Origin: Leucoraja erinacea
Lineage: Eukaryota
DNA: 64,000 bases
Assembly: GCF_028641065.1 (NCBI RefSeq)
Contig: NC_073391.1
Span: forward strand, 25,544,001 to 25,608,000
Direction of reading: 5' to 3'
Shown: positions 12,661 to 26,881 of the stretch, in pieces
Numbering within the stretch: position 1 is the stretch's first letter
Layout: the number at the start of each line of letters is the position of its first letter
The notes under the pieces: generated by a model
What the model was told of the DNA's origin: nothing
The model's input: the letters and a program-made list of their open reading frames with translations, nothing else
Databases searched by the model: none
Translations under genes and position numbers: made by a program

Positions 12661-15019
12661 AAAGTAAATTTTCTTTGCAGACTAAATATCATAGGGTCAG
12701 GCCAGCATCAGGGCTAGTTTGGGATTATCGTGCATGAGTGAGGAGGTTTTGAAGGTGCGGGCTGTGGTCTGCAAACAATTTCTTGACTGCATAATGTTAG
12801 AATCTTGAGCTCAGCAGCAATTTTAGATCTAAATGTATTAAGACATAGTTTTTTAAAAGTGTTCTAGTTTAATTAAAAAATAAACAATGGAATTGCTTTG
12901 TTACATTCGTTACCATCAAATCACTAACTCTGCAGAATGAGAAGATGTCGCTCTATATCACAAGGTCCACTTGACCACTGCTTTCAATTATGCTATTTAA
13001 TAAGCAAAAAATGAAATGGCACCCATTATATTTTTACGAATAATCTCCAATAGCTTTAAATCTTTTCACAAAGAAATATAGCTAATTCAATTATCAAAGG
13101 GAAAACAATATTAAAAAAAAAAATTAAATGCAAGTTCAACTCAAGGTATATATTTAATTAAATTTATCAGCATCCTAAATAGATTATCCTTGCTCAAAGC
13201 ATTTCTTGTTCCTTTAACCTAATTTATATTGATCTTTGGCCACCAGCTGTCATAACTGGCCTCCCACAGTTAGTAGCCAGATCAATCCAAACTTTTACTG
13301 ACTGCTGGTTAAGATAAATTAGTTAACTTAAAAGTTAAAGGGAAATGAACTTTATTTAAAAACAATGCATAATGCCTACCAATGACTTAATGCCCACACT
13401 GTTACCTGGGTTGCGTTCTGAAATAGTTATTCTGCCTTATATTATGTTGTGGCATATCTTAGTACTTCAAAACCACCCTGGCCTCAACCCCTCCCATCTT
13501 TGTAACCTCCAACCCCTATCCTCCCAGCTCTATAAATCCCCTCAGTCTCGTATTTCTCCTGTTTTAGCTGATTTTGCATCCCCAACTTTCATTGACGTGA
13601 TTCTGAAGCATTGATCTGTTCCAAATTTGGATGATAATTCGCTTACGATGAACATTATATGCCTCTCCCAAGTATTAGGCTACAATCTTAATGGGACTCA
13701 GATTCCAAAACAATAACATAATATCTTAGATTAGGACCACAAAGGCAAAGAGTGCGTCAGGAAGTAAAATGGTCTGTGCTGATCCGAATCATGGCCTGAT
13801 GAAATCGTTCAACAGTCCATCTCTGGTACTCAATTGGATTGGATGCAGAGGTCCCATCTGGCTGGCCTTTTGCATAGTGGAGTCTAGCAATATCGTCCTG
13901 ATGGCAAAGTTGAGACTTGGCTTTGTCCTAGAGTTGTGCAGCAAAGAAACAGGTCCTTTAACTCACCAGGTCCATGCTGATCTTTTTGACCATCTAACAA
14001 ATTCCATCTGCTTGTATTAGGACCATATCCTTCTACACCTTACCCATTCAACTGGTTGGATATTTTTTGCCTCTTAAAAGCAGTAATTTTATTCACTCCA
14101 CCACATCTTTTGGCAGCAAGTTCCAGATATCAACAAATCTGTGCAAAAACAATCTAGCCTCAATATCTACATACCTCATTCCTGTCACTCTATGCCTATG
14201 CCTTCTTGTTTCTAACACCCCCACAATGCGAACACGATTTTACTATGTGCACCATCATTTTATATACCTCTCTCTGATTACCCCTCAGTTTCCTGTGCTC
14301 CAAGAAAAATCAGCCCCGTCTCCCTAACCTTTTCCTATAATTCATATTCTCAACCCAGGGAATGTCCATTAGCAGTTGAAATAGTTGCCATTTACATTAA
14401 ATGTATCAGACATTAATATTTAAGAACCACTAAACTTTAGATGCTTTAACAAAGTTTCCCAAAACCATAATTAAAACAATTTAAATAAATAATTTAAATA
14501 ACAAGTAATCCACTTTCCTGTTGGATTCCTAATCTTTTGACATAGTCATCGTATTGTCATATAATTGCCTTTCAAGTCAATGGGGTTTTATACATTTCAC
14601 CAGGTCTGGCCAGGGGTGGAATTCAAGTGACACTCCCAGGTAATACTGGGGATTTCCAGTAAGCCAGATTCATCACCAAATTCAATGCAAAATCTAGTGA
14701 TGGAGTAAACTGAGTAATACAATTAAAGAGCTGAATGTATATCTGGGAAATAAGTAAATGCAGCCAACTTCAAGAGGTATTTCAATTGCCTGAATGCTGG
14801 TAGTTTCAATTGCAACAGTCAGTAAAGTTAGCAAGCTTCAGTCTAATGAAACTCTTTCTTTAATATAAATTAAGTTGAAATTGATTGTGTTGTTTCATGA
14901 AGAACCAGGAATGGGTACATTCCTTTGTGCTGTCCAATTCTTTAACTTCAGAATTCTAACAACCACATATAAACAGTCATTAACACAGGTATAGTATCGC
15001 CACAGAGAAGAGTTACAGT

Positions 15020-17395
15020 GAGGTGGTCTTGCTATGATACAGGCAGGAAGTAAATGGGTGAGCACCAGGAAAGGGAGTAGCAGAAAGTGCAGGAATTCCT
15101 GGGTCCTTTCCCTTTGACACCAGGTACGCTCCTTCGAGTGCTGTTGTTGCGGAGGACCAGTCAGGGGAGAGCAGCAGTAGTGGCAGTGGTTCAGCCTGAG
15201 GATCGAGCCTGGCTTTGAGGTGTAGTGGAAAAGGGAAAAGTCAGGCAGAGCTATATAGTGAAAGGAGACTCATTAGTTAGGGGCACATACAGAAGATTCT
15301 ATGGCAGCAACAAGACTCCAGGATGGTGTTGCCTCCCTGGTGCCAGGGCCCAGGATGTCTTCGAGCAGTTGCAGAACATTCTCAAGGAAGGCAAGCAGCA
15401 GGAAATTATGCACGTTGACACAAATGACATAGGTAGGAAAATGGATAAGGTCCTGCAAAGTAAATATAGGGAGTTACACATAAGATTAAAAAACTGGACC
15501 CTGAGGGTAGCAATCTCTGATTACTCCTGGTGCCATGTGCTAGTGAGCCTGGAAACAGGAAGATAGGACAGATAAATGAGAGGCTCAGGATTTGGTACAG
15601 GGATTCAGCCATTGGGATCTCATCTTATCTCTTGTGGTCATGTACAAGAGGAACAGGTTGTATCTGAACTGGAGGAGGACCTGTATTCCTACAGGGAGGC
15701 ACGCCAGTGCTACTCTGGAGGGTTTAAACTAGAGAGGCAGAGGGGTGGGAACCAAAGTAGTAGGCCAGCAATTGGAAGGGATGATGGGAAAGCAGAGGTT
15801 ATGACCAGTAAATCTCAAACAAAAGCCAGGCATGGAGAGGTGAAGGAATATTGTGACACTGATGGGCTGAAGTGCGTTTATTTCAATGCAAGGAGTATTG
15901 TGGAGAACGCAGATGAACTTAAAACCTGGTTCAGTGATTGGGACTATGATGTTATGGCCATCGTGTAAACGTGGTTGTGGAAGAGACATGACTAGCAGTT
16001 CTGGGATTGCAATGTTTCAGAGTCGATCTAGAGCGAGGCAAAAAGAGGTGGAGGTGTTGCACTGCTGATCAGGGACACTGCTACGGCCCTTGGAGGACAA
16101 ACTGGAGGGTTTATTTGCTGAGGCGGTATGGATGGTGCTAATAGTGTCTGAGGAATATAAAGGAGGAAAGAACTCAAGCGGGCGATTAGAAGTTTTTTAT
16201 ACCTATATTAAAAACAAGAGGATAACCAGGGAGAAGGTAGGACCACTCAAGGATAAAGGAGCAAATTTGTGCCTGGAGTCTGCGGATATAGGCAAGGTAC
16301 TAAACAAGTACAGGCATCTGTCTTCACCAAGGACATGGAGGACAGCGAGATCAGTGTGGAGAATACTAGGGCAGTTTGAGATTAAGGAGTGATGTTAGGG
16401 CTTTTGAAGAACATTAAGGTTGAAAAACCCCCAGGACCTGAAGGGAATTATCCCACTTTATTGAGAGAAGCAAAAGAGTAGATTGTGGGAGGCTTGATGC
16501 AGATCTTTGCTTCCACGGAATTATAGGCGGCAAGCTTCATACCAGTGGTAGGAAAGCTACGGGTGAGGATTCTTCAGGATAGGATTTACTCCCATTTGGA
16601 AGCCAATGGGTTAAATAAAGGACAACTTTGTAAACGCCAAGTCATGTCTTACTAAGTTGATTGAGGTTTTACAGGAGGTGATGAAGGTGAATGATGAGGC
16701 TAGAGCAGTGAATGTTATCTATATAAATTTTATTAAAGCATTTGATAAAGTCTCCCATGGTAGGCCGATCCAGAAGATTAAGATGCATGGGATTAACAAT
16801 GACCTGGTCATTGGATTCAGAACTTGTTTACGGATAGAAAATGTGGATATGGATGACATCGCCTGTTAGTAAGTTTGCAGATAACACCAAGACTGCTGGG
16901 ATCATGGACAGTGAGGAAGATTGCTGAGTTAATGTCAAATAACGGCATGACTTTTAACAACATTGATGATGTACAGAGAGATCTTGGGGTCTACGACCAT
17001 GACTCTGGAAGTCATAACATAAGTAGATTGTGTGGTAATTAAGGTATACGGTATGCTTGCTTTCATGGGTTGGGGCAGTGAGTTAGGAAGTCATGATGCA
17101 GCTTTATAGGACCTTGGTTAGGCCGCAATGGGAGTATTGTGTGCAGTTCTGGTAACCCATTATAGGAAGGATGTGGAAGTTTTGGAAAGGGTATGGTGGA
17201 GGCTTACCAGAATGATGCCTGGATTAGGGGGGTTTAGCCTCAGGGAGAGGCTGGACAGACTTGGATTGCTTTCTCTGGATCGCCAGAGGTTGCGGGGAAA
17301 CGCAATAGAAATATAAAAAATTATGAGAGGCATATATAGGCTGGACAGTCAGAATCCTTTTCCCAGGTTGCAAAAAAATCAAATACTAGAGGGCT
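15020..17395 (+). mobile_element. Degenerate, internally deleted CR1 LINE (ORF1 esterase, APE and RT remnants)
   Basis: GDSLVRG, CCLPGA and HVDTNDIG (SGNH-type ORF1); CVYFNARSI (APE); NFIKAFDKVSH and KFADNTK (RT); LERVWWRLTRMMPGL. Confidence 0.88.
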
Positions 17396-18619
17396 CAGCA
17401 TACACAGCTAGAAGTTTCTAGAAACTGCAGATTGAGATAAATTGATGCAAAAGAATGCTATTTGCAACCAAAATGTTATTCTTTCAATACATCTCAACAT
17501 AATGAATACCATTTAATAATTACAAATGTATTGTGATTATTAAAAATAAAATTAGAAAATACGGCTCTGCTTGCAACTGTTACAAGCTAATTTATATCGA
17601 AAAACCCAACATAAATTTCTCAATTATGAGAAAACCTCTTTGGAAAAAATTAAATTATTTCATTTGTAAGGTATGTCAAACAACAGAACATGGTATCTGA
17701 AGGGGTTTGAACCAGTCAGATAAGGAAGATATGGCATCCAGTGATCTTCTCATTATCGTTCTAATGAGCAACTTTGCTCTGGGAATATTCGTATAGTTAC
17801 TTTCACATCTTTCTTTTTACTCCCTCGCCTGACTTTTCATATTTAATTAGGTATTAAGGAGTTCTCACTGCTCTCAACTGGCTGTCCCTCCTGTTTAAAG
17901 ACTGCATTTTGGAGACAGATACTGAAGCTTGTACAGAGATGGCAGCTGATCCAATTATTATTCACACACCTAGCACAAAGCCTCTTCAGTACCTAATGAT
18001 GGGGAACAGAAGACAAATCTATCCTGAAACCTGTATGGACACCACATAAATTATGTATAGATTGAATCAATGAAGATTCTTAAATGAAAGAATGGTGTGG
18101 AGCCAACTTGGCACACTTCCGTGCAGACAATTTTCTAGTATCCTCTTGCCTTTAAAATAACATCTTCATTAAAAATTAATTAAATACACTATATTTGAAC
18201 TAATCAGTCAAATCATTTTATATTTAATAACAAAAATAGAACTTAAAAGTCATTAAAATAAACTTGAAACAGTTCAAATCTGGATTTCCATAGTCAGAAC
18301 ATTTTGTCATTATCTTATGAGGAAATTACATTTAATGTGACTAGATTATAGTTTAGAACAACATTTCTAATTAATTAATGCCTACTCTTTTGGTGAGCAG
18401 CTTGTTTGAGATCCTCAAAATAGCTATGTTTACAGATCCTTTGATAGGCAGTTCATTCATTTGAATCTCATTACCAAATACAATTTAAAATTGACTTTCA
18501 TTTCCACCAGCCCTTTTCCAGGCAATAACTTGATTCTTCCAAAAAGAAATTAACACCCATTGCCATTTCTTTATAGTTGGCAGCACTCATTCAAAATTAC
18601 TCTTGAATTGTCAATGGTT

Positions 18620-18880
18620 TCTTCCCCAAAAGTTCAAAGAATATATATGGCCCTTGCCGACCAAGATGACCTATTACACTCTCTAAACCCCTCTAAACCT
18701 TTCCTTGGGCATTTTTTGGCATTCACCATATCTCATGATCTTAGACACCTCTATAAGACCATCCCTCATCCTCCTGCGCTCCATGGTATGTAGTCCTGGC
18801 CTGACCAACCTCTCCCTATAGCTCATACCCTCAAGTCCTGGCAACATCCTCGTAAATCTTTTCTGCACTTTTTCCCAGCT
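18620..18880 (-). mobile_element. CR1 fragment
   Basis: QKRFTRMLPGLEGMSYRERL...ERRRMRDGLIEVSKIM. Confidence 0.8.
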
Positions 18881-20029
18881 TAATTTTTCTACTAATGTGA
18901 CTAAAATACAGTATTATTATAATAAAATCAAGATACAAAAATAGAGAGTACAATCTAAATGTCAATCAAGGAACTACTTTGTGAATGCTGTCTGTGGTAT
19001 AAACATACTGGCTGCAGGGCAATCATTAATGCAAGATGTTACAACAGAATTTTGATTCAAGTGTAATTAGAGTGCAAAGATCACAAAAAAGACAAAGTGC
19101 TGGAATAACTTTGAAAGGCAGGAAGCATCTCTGGAGGACATGGAGAGGTTTCAGATTGGGATCTTTAAGACACAATCTGAAGAATGGTTCTGATCCAAAA
19201 TGTCACCCTTTTACACCCTCCAAAGATGCTCCTTGATCCAAAGTTGCTGCCTGACCCGATGAGTTGCACCAACAGCTTTTTTTTTTTTATTAATAAAGAA
19301 ATTATGCTTGGATCATGAATTCTATATAAAAGAGTAGATTGGAATGGAAGTCGAAAATTCGTAACCAGTTCATGATAAATCATTGATGGATTAATCCAAG
19401 ATTTGTAATGAGAAAATAGGAGAAAACAGGATAAATTAGAGCCTTTCAACAATTATATACATAAAGGAATCTTCAATGAATGGGACAATTACAGGCCAAA
19501 TTCCCAAATATTTCAAAAATCACAGCAAAATTGCGATCTTACAAGAAGTCCAGTTTGCATCATTTTAATCAGTTGCAAATTAATTGCATAAACAAAATTT
19601 CCAATTACTATGATATGATTGTGGACTAACATCTGTGCCCTCTATTGCTTGTTGACATACCCATACATACTTCACTTGGAGCAGATCATGTTTGACCCAG
19701 CCCATGCCGCATGCTGTCTGTCACCCCATCACCTGTACAATCCTCACCAACTACTATGGTCTTGCAAGCCTAATCAATCCAGAGGCCTAAGAACCATGGC
19801 CATCCTGCAATGTGGAGTGCTATATAAGAGATAACTAGATGATGAAGCCTGTTAGTGATGGTACTGCTACCTATTATTATTATTATTATTAATAACAACA
19901 CATTATTAAAACCTGTCAGCCTTAGTTTCTTATCACTGGATATTTAAAAGTAGTTGGAATAGATAAAAGTAGTAATTACTCAGAGTAATTCAATGTTTTA
20001 AAAAAAATGACAAGCACACATTTAATTGT

Positions 20030-20470
20030 AGTCTAGAAAGTATGCTGACTGATTGCATCATGGCCTGGTATGACAATTTGAATGCAGAGGTATGCAAGCG
20101 GTTGCAGAGAGTGGTGGACTCAGCCCAGTCCATCATGGCCACAGCCCTCCCTGCCATCACAGTGTCTACATGAGGCACTGCTTCAAGACAGCACCCATTA
20201 TCAAGGATCCCTACCATCCGGGCCATGCCCACTTGTCATGGTTACCATCTGGCAGGAGGTACAGGAGTCCAAAGTTGAACAGCTACTTACCTACAGCTAT
20301 CAAGTTCTTGAATCAGACCAGCATGCACCAAATCCTACCTTGATCACAGAACACTATCGTAGACTCAGAAATGATGTATCATTTATGTCCAATGTATGTT
20401 TGTGTTTGAGTCTACATGTCTATCTTGCTGCTGCTGTACGTGTGCATATGGCAATAAACTCGACTGAAAC
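20030..20470 (+). mobile_element. Rex1/Babar-type 3' fragment
   Basis: LQRVVDSAQSI and IIKDPYHPGHAHLSWLPSGRRYRS remnants; ends ggcaataaact. Confidence 0.75.
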
Positions 20471-23400
20471 TAATGCAAATTAGAACCAACTAAAACAAGA
20501 GAAAAAATACAAAATCAGGTTTTCTATCAAGATCAGTAACTTCATTCAAATGAGTAGAGCAGTACTCGATTGCATCAACAAAGCTGATAGGAAGTTGAAG
20601 CGGCAGATATAAAGTGCATGGGTTTCAGTAGTGAAGCCAGATATCAGAGTGCACCATTATCACACATTGTGGTGTGCAAGTGTATAAATCACTGACCACT
20701 TAACAAACCATACATTGGGCATGATGAGCCAAGTCAAAGCTTTAGCGTTGCATTGTAGATATTGGAAGGCTCTGATGTACACAAGTCAAGATTATATATT
20801 CAAGCTCTAAAACTGATTTATCTCCCCTCCTTTCAACTGCACTATTGATGGTAGAATCTGCAACTGACTTGGTGTCTAAGGAACTGCCTAGTTAAACTCT
20901 TTTAACGAATTGGAAGGAGGCCATTCAGCTGACTACCCATCTATGGTAACAACTACATTGTGTTTTCAAATTGTGTGCGGGGATATTCTCTCAATGCCAG
21001 AGAAAAGTATAAACCAAGAAAAATAAAATTAATGTAAGTTTACTGGCTATGTTAGTCAGAGATGCGATTCAAGAGTGTGGGGCCTCAAAACGTATAGAAA
21101 GACAGAGGACAGCAGGGAATTCTAGATTGTGGACTCTTGGTTGTCTTAAGGACAAGTACAAGTAGAATAAAATGAATACAATCCCAGCAAGCTGGATGAT
21201 GGAAGCAGGGTGGGAATAGCATGGTTGGTTGAGTCAAAGATAGTAAAGAATGAAGAATAATGCAGGGGTGCGGCATACTGACACAGCAGTTAGCACTGCT
21301 ACCACACAGGTCTGGTCACCTGGGTTCACACCAGACCTCGCTTGCTGTCTCTGGAGATTGCGCATTTCCCATGACCGTAAGCTTCCTCCTCTAGACTGCA
21401 TTATTCTATATTCCAAAGTAGTATTGGCAAGTCAAATGGGTGCAGTAGATTGGTTCCAATGTAGATGGTTGGCAGGAGAATCATGGAGAGTTGATGGAAA
21501 AATAGTTTTATTTCCATATTTCCTTGTAACTTATATAATAAACAGTGAGTGTTATTTGAAAAAAAAAAAATTTAAAGATGGGAATGGATGAATAATGCAA
21601 CAATACATTGACAATGAGCTTTTCATGATGAGATTAATGGGATATTGGGCTGTAGTTTGCAAATTCAGGAGGCAAACAAACGATGGGCTAGATTTTGTGA
21701 AGTGGCATTTGCAACATATGAAGAGTCTTGACAAGATGAGGGAATGAGGGAAAAAGACAGGAGATGGAGAAAGACACGTATTCAAGAGCAGGGAAAAGGC
21801 AAGACGGGGGACTATCTTGAACTGATCAGCAACATAAAATTGGAACAAGCCACTAATACAGTAGAATGGGTGGTCCAAATTCATGCGATAAGTCTAATAA
21901 CTCTATGCACTGTTTGATTGCAGGGGGCGAGGAGAATTTAGGGAAATGGAAGAAGAGAAGGGATGCCAGAGACATCTTTCCTTTCCAATCGGATACAAAA
22001 TTTGCTTGCAATTTGTTTTTTTTTTAATATATTGATGCAGAGAAGAACTTGTGCTCACTACATAATAAATGCATTTTACTCCCCCTTTTGTGGAAGAAAT
22101 ATGAAGTGGTGGATGACGGTTTTCCATCATTATTGTTTGAAATATGTGCAAATACAGGTTCGGCTTGATTATAGCCTTATCCAACTACTGCATAAATCTT
22201 ATGCTTCTATAATCAATTGAGTGACAATGACCCAAATTCTCAAACGTCGGCAGATTTAAAAGGAGCCGGGCATTAATTTTAAACAAATTGACTACTTTAA
22301 TGAAATACCAAAGGGAATCATTGTAATTTTGCTGAATAATTCAAAGTGAAAAACTTTCAATAATAAAAAACTGACATGCCCACTGGGTAAAAATTCACCC
22401 AAATACCTACATTTGAATGTATTCAAGATAGTTAATGTATCATAAGTATTACATACTTATTTGGACAGCTAACAAATAAAGTAATGTTGGGCAGTTTCAA
22501 TTGTTGGTTTTGTGCATAATTACTCCAGTAGGACAGATGATGAACCAAAATGAGAAATAATATTAATTTGTGGCAGAGTGTATTCTTCAGAAATAATCCA
22601 AGTAACAAACAAGGGACTCCTGGGATTTAAATAGATCCTAATTGTAAATTAAGAATCAGTATTCAGTGAATTCTAGAACAATTATTATCATCATTTTTTT
22701 TAAAGCGTCCTACAAAATACAAGATTAGTACAAATTATTGAAGGAAGAGGAATTTGAGAAATAGCAATTTTTTGGGGAAAAAAAGAAAATAATGCAATTA
22801 TTTTAGTTTCAGACTTATTCTCATGCTCTCATTTTGTTGGGTATGGATAGGAGCCATGATCAATTTGCATGAGAAGTTTAATTTTGGAGCATCAGTTAAC
22901 TTTCGAAGGAACTCATTCAATTTGTAATAGCTGGTGTTTGTGATACACCAGTTTATTACCTAGACATTTTCTATTTATTTGGGATGACATGATGCAAGTT
23001 TATTAAATATAATTCAACTACTATCTCAAAACAAAATTAAGCAAGGAACGAAGGTGAGAGTCAGATATAATCTAATAGATAAAAAATAAAGGCGAGTCAA
23101 ATGGTGGTACCAGCATCTAAAAATTCTATCTTGAATGCATTTGGTATACGCCTAATAAGATAAAATATAAAATGGATGATGATTTAAAATCATACAATTA
23201 AATTCAAAACAATCATCGTATGATTGTGCAGTGTGGAATTGATTACTACAGAACTATGTATTTACTTGTAGCCTTGAGGAAAAAAAGCTCTGGAATTCAC
23301 CCCCTGAACTTCCATAATTTTCTTTCCTGAGGTGCTTCCTCAGACCTTTCTTTTTGAAGAGACTTTCATTATCTGTTCTTTAAATCTCCTTCTGTAGTTT

Positions 23401-23661
23401 AATTTTTTTATGATAGCTAGACAGTGAAGTGCATTGGAGCTTTTCAAAAATATTATATGTCATCACGCAATGTGAAACTTAAATACAATTATGGTTGTTT
23501 AATATGAATTGAAGTACTACTACAACAGGGGTAGTCAGTCTAAGCAATGTCTTAAAAAATGCACTAAAAATAGTGAAGCTTCACTACAGAGAACTTTTTT
23601 GACATGGGATGCACTGCACATTTTACATATAAGGCATAAAGTCACATGTCCTTATACTCAC

Positions 23662-23791
23662 TGTGATTTTGTCCCCATAGTATTCAGAATGCTGCTGCTT
23701 GAAGGCTTTTCTAGCATGTTGACTGTTACAATTATTTTGGTCAGTGGATGCTTTGCTCTTCACATTTTCATAATTTGAAGGCTTTCTTGCA
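23662..23791 (-). CDS. RAB11FIP2: RAB11FIP2 coding exon 4 (predicted; not in the ORF track)
   Basis: Branch-like ACTAAT and acceptor ttctgtacttatctag|T at 23791, donor ACA|gtgagt at 23662. 130 nt (3n+1) is exactly what is needed to join phase-2 exon 3 to the phase-0 last exon, and it is open: (S)ARKPSNYENVKSKASTDQNNCNSQHARKAFKQQHSEYYGDKIT. Protein similarity to other FIP2 is weak, so support is mainly splice signals and phase. Confidence 0.7.
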
Positions 23792-26700
23792 CTAGATAAG
23801 TACAGAAATTTCCAATGTCAATGCATTAGTAAGCACAATGTTGTTTATTGCAAATTTCACTGACACCTCATGTAGTCAAATCCATTCTTTGTATGACAAT
23901 CTTGTCATATTTGAAATTTTCAATATTCAGCCCCTTTGGTGTATTACAAATCAACTTGAATAAGAAGGAATCTGTTCCAATTAAAGCAGATTTTTTTCCT
24001 GTCCACAGATGTTGACTGATCTGCTAAGTATTCTCGGAATTTTGTGTTTTTATATCAGATTTTTTAGCACCTGTGGCATTTTTTTAGTGTTCAAAGAAGA
24101 TTATAGTACTATATACAAATCAAAGCTAATGGAAACAAATGTTGATAAGTGTCAAGTGGTAGTCATTACAAAACTCTTCCCTGCCCCACTGATCACATCA
24201 CAGTATAAGCGTCCTTACCAAAAGGGTAGGCAAGTTATGGATTCCAACATGGAAACTGGTTTAAAATTTGTCAAGTGTAATTTTGAACAATGTACCAATC
24301 TATTTTCTATAATTACATTTCCCTTGCAATGCATTAAGCAAAATAAGGCCAGCTCCAGTTTTCTTACAATGGAGATAAGTTACTGTAGCCTAGTAACCGA
24401 CCACTTCCCCTCATTTCTTTCCAGTAGCTATCTCCCCTCTACCCCACATTCGCAAAATGTTGTCTGTCTATTTTCCTCCACAGATGTTGTCTGACCCGCT
24501 AAGTTCCTCCAGCAGTATTTCTTTGCTCTTAATATCAATCAGCATGTCTTTGGGAGATAATCTAAGCACCAGAGAGCAACACAGGTTTTTGGAGACAAAG
24601 CAGCAGCACTAACCACTGCACAAGGGTGGTGACAGGACTAGTCTTTGACTTCTTTTAAGGCAGAGGTAGATTATATTCTCAATGAGCAAATTCGTGAAAG
24701 GTTACAAGTGGGTATGCAGAGCAAGGGTTAGTCAGATCAGCTTATTGATCTTATTGAATGATGGAGCAGGGTCAAGGAAATATGAATCACAACAAAAAGA
24801 GGCACATATGTTCATATGAATTTGTTGCTGATGTAGCACATTGTTTCCATCAGCCCCCATACTATTCCTGCAATAGATCATCTGCCCCGTCATGCAGATT
24901 TTGTTTTAAATCTAGTACTACACCATTGCTCTCATTTTTCTGAAGTCCCTTAAAGTCTATAGTGCATACACTGCACTCAGCTGGCACTGCACACTGTCTT
25001 AGTAAAGCTCAGATTTATATCCCCAAATGGAATATTCAAACTCAGCTGGCTTCAATCTCCCTATTCAACATTGTCATACTTTAATTGCAATGAAGCCATG
25101 TACTATATCAATAATGTATGCTTTCAAAAAATTCAGTTATTTCATACTAATCACCTCACAGTGCATTCTATTCAATTTAATTACAAAAATTATTTTTGAA
25201 CATCACTAATTAAATGGTTTGCAGAATATAGCAAATTAACCCACAGCTTCAATCAACATACCATTACCCCTAAAGAGGATTGCTATGATTCTCAATACCA
25301 TTTTCTTTGCCTTTCAGCTACTTTGCTTTCCACATGTTTCTATCTTTCTTCTTATTCATTTCTAGGTATTGTATTTCTTAAATTCATTTGGCCACCAAAA
25401 ATATATTATATGTATTATATGCTAATGTTTTGCAGGAGAAAAGAAAGATTTTGGGATTTGCTTTACCAATATAAAATTCCAATCTCCCATTGCAACTGTG
25501 TTAATACATTAAGTTTAAATCTGGATTCAATTGTTACATGCTTTAATTGTTACAGTTCAGTTAAAAAAAATCTGCTTTAACTATAAATTAAATACAACAA
25601 TTTGCTCTGACCTAAATTGTGTTTTTATTAAAATAGCATCTTGCTGTGAACAAGATATTTCCTGGGAAGCAGAGTTTTATCTCGGCATGAAATGTCAAAC
25701 ATTACTTGAAGCCCTGTTTTCTTCCTGATATATAGATACAGTTTTGAAAATGATAACCAGATTGCTTAGATCAATTTCAAGACACTACCTTGCCACCACT
25801 CTTGGAATCCCTGACCAAAATTAAGACCATCGGAACATAAATAGCCTTCAGCTACAGTGAGGATTTGGGTACGGAAGAGCAAGAAAGGTGACATTACAAA
25901 AAAAAGGTCACAGCTGTAAGGAAAAAAGTGACTGGTGAATAAGTCTTTGCTAATTCCTATTATAGTGGTTTGTAATAGTGATCCGAGGCATTCTGCCCTG
26001 CTCACTATAGGATTGATCTAAATGAGGCACTTCTTCATCAGGTATTGTCTGAACTCTAAAGACATGAAGCTTCCTTCATGGCCTGCTTTTCATTCTCATA
26101 TTGATGTGTCAAGGACATGATGGACTTGTTCATTCATCGCTCTGTTTTTGATCTTACCCAGAAAAATGAATGAAGTGAACTGGATCGAATTAGCTGTGGT
26201 GAAACCTAGGAACAGCTCCATTTATAGAAGTGTGGCTGTAATTTGTAGTGCCTTTTATTCATGTAATGTTATTCTCACGTCAAACAAGCTGGAGGATATC
26301 GTGGTCAATTGCTCAGATGATCGGTGGCCAAAGGTTAAAGAGGCAGGTCCTAATTACCACACATGACAAACTGAAGCTGATTTATTTGTAGAGGGAACTG
26401 ATTGTAAACCACTTCAAGGCAATAATACCAAAATATATATCTGCAAATTTCCAAGTAGATGAGCATTTGTTAAGAATGAAAGTTAAAGTTAGTGGTAATA
26501 GTTCAGTGAGATAAATACAACAATTTAAAACATGTTATTTAGTAAAATAAACTCTGAGCAATAAGCTGTGCTTCCACTGTGTCGGTGTACTGTGATTACA
26601 ATTAGAATGGTATTCAAAAGACTAAATATCTTGCAAGAAGAATAAATAGCATGAACACTTTTAATCAATTCCGTCTCTGGTTTTGTTGATGTTCGTAAAC

Positions 26701-26881
26701 TGCAAGAGACCAAAACTAAATTATTGTACACTGACATAGAAGAAACAAATTCCCAATCACTCACTTTACTGTAAACAAAGTTGGAGGAGTTACACGCTGA
26801 ACGGTGATGATGGAAATTTCCTCCATGTGCATCGAGGAAAGAACATTTTTTGTTACAGTGGTCATTTCTATATATAAATGA

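Noticed and set aside
24009-24494. 161-aa plus-strand ORF near exon 4
   Set aside because: Begins and ends in Penelope-tail fragments; no coding features.
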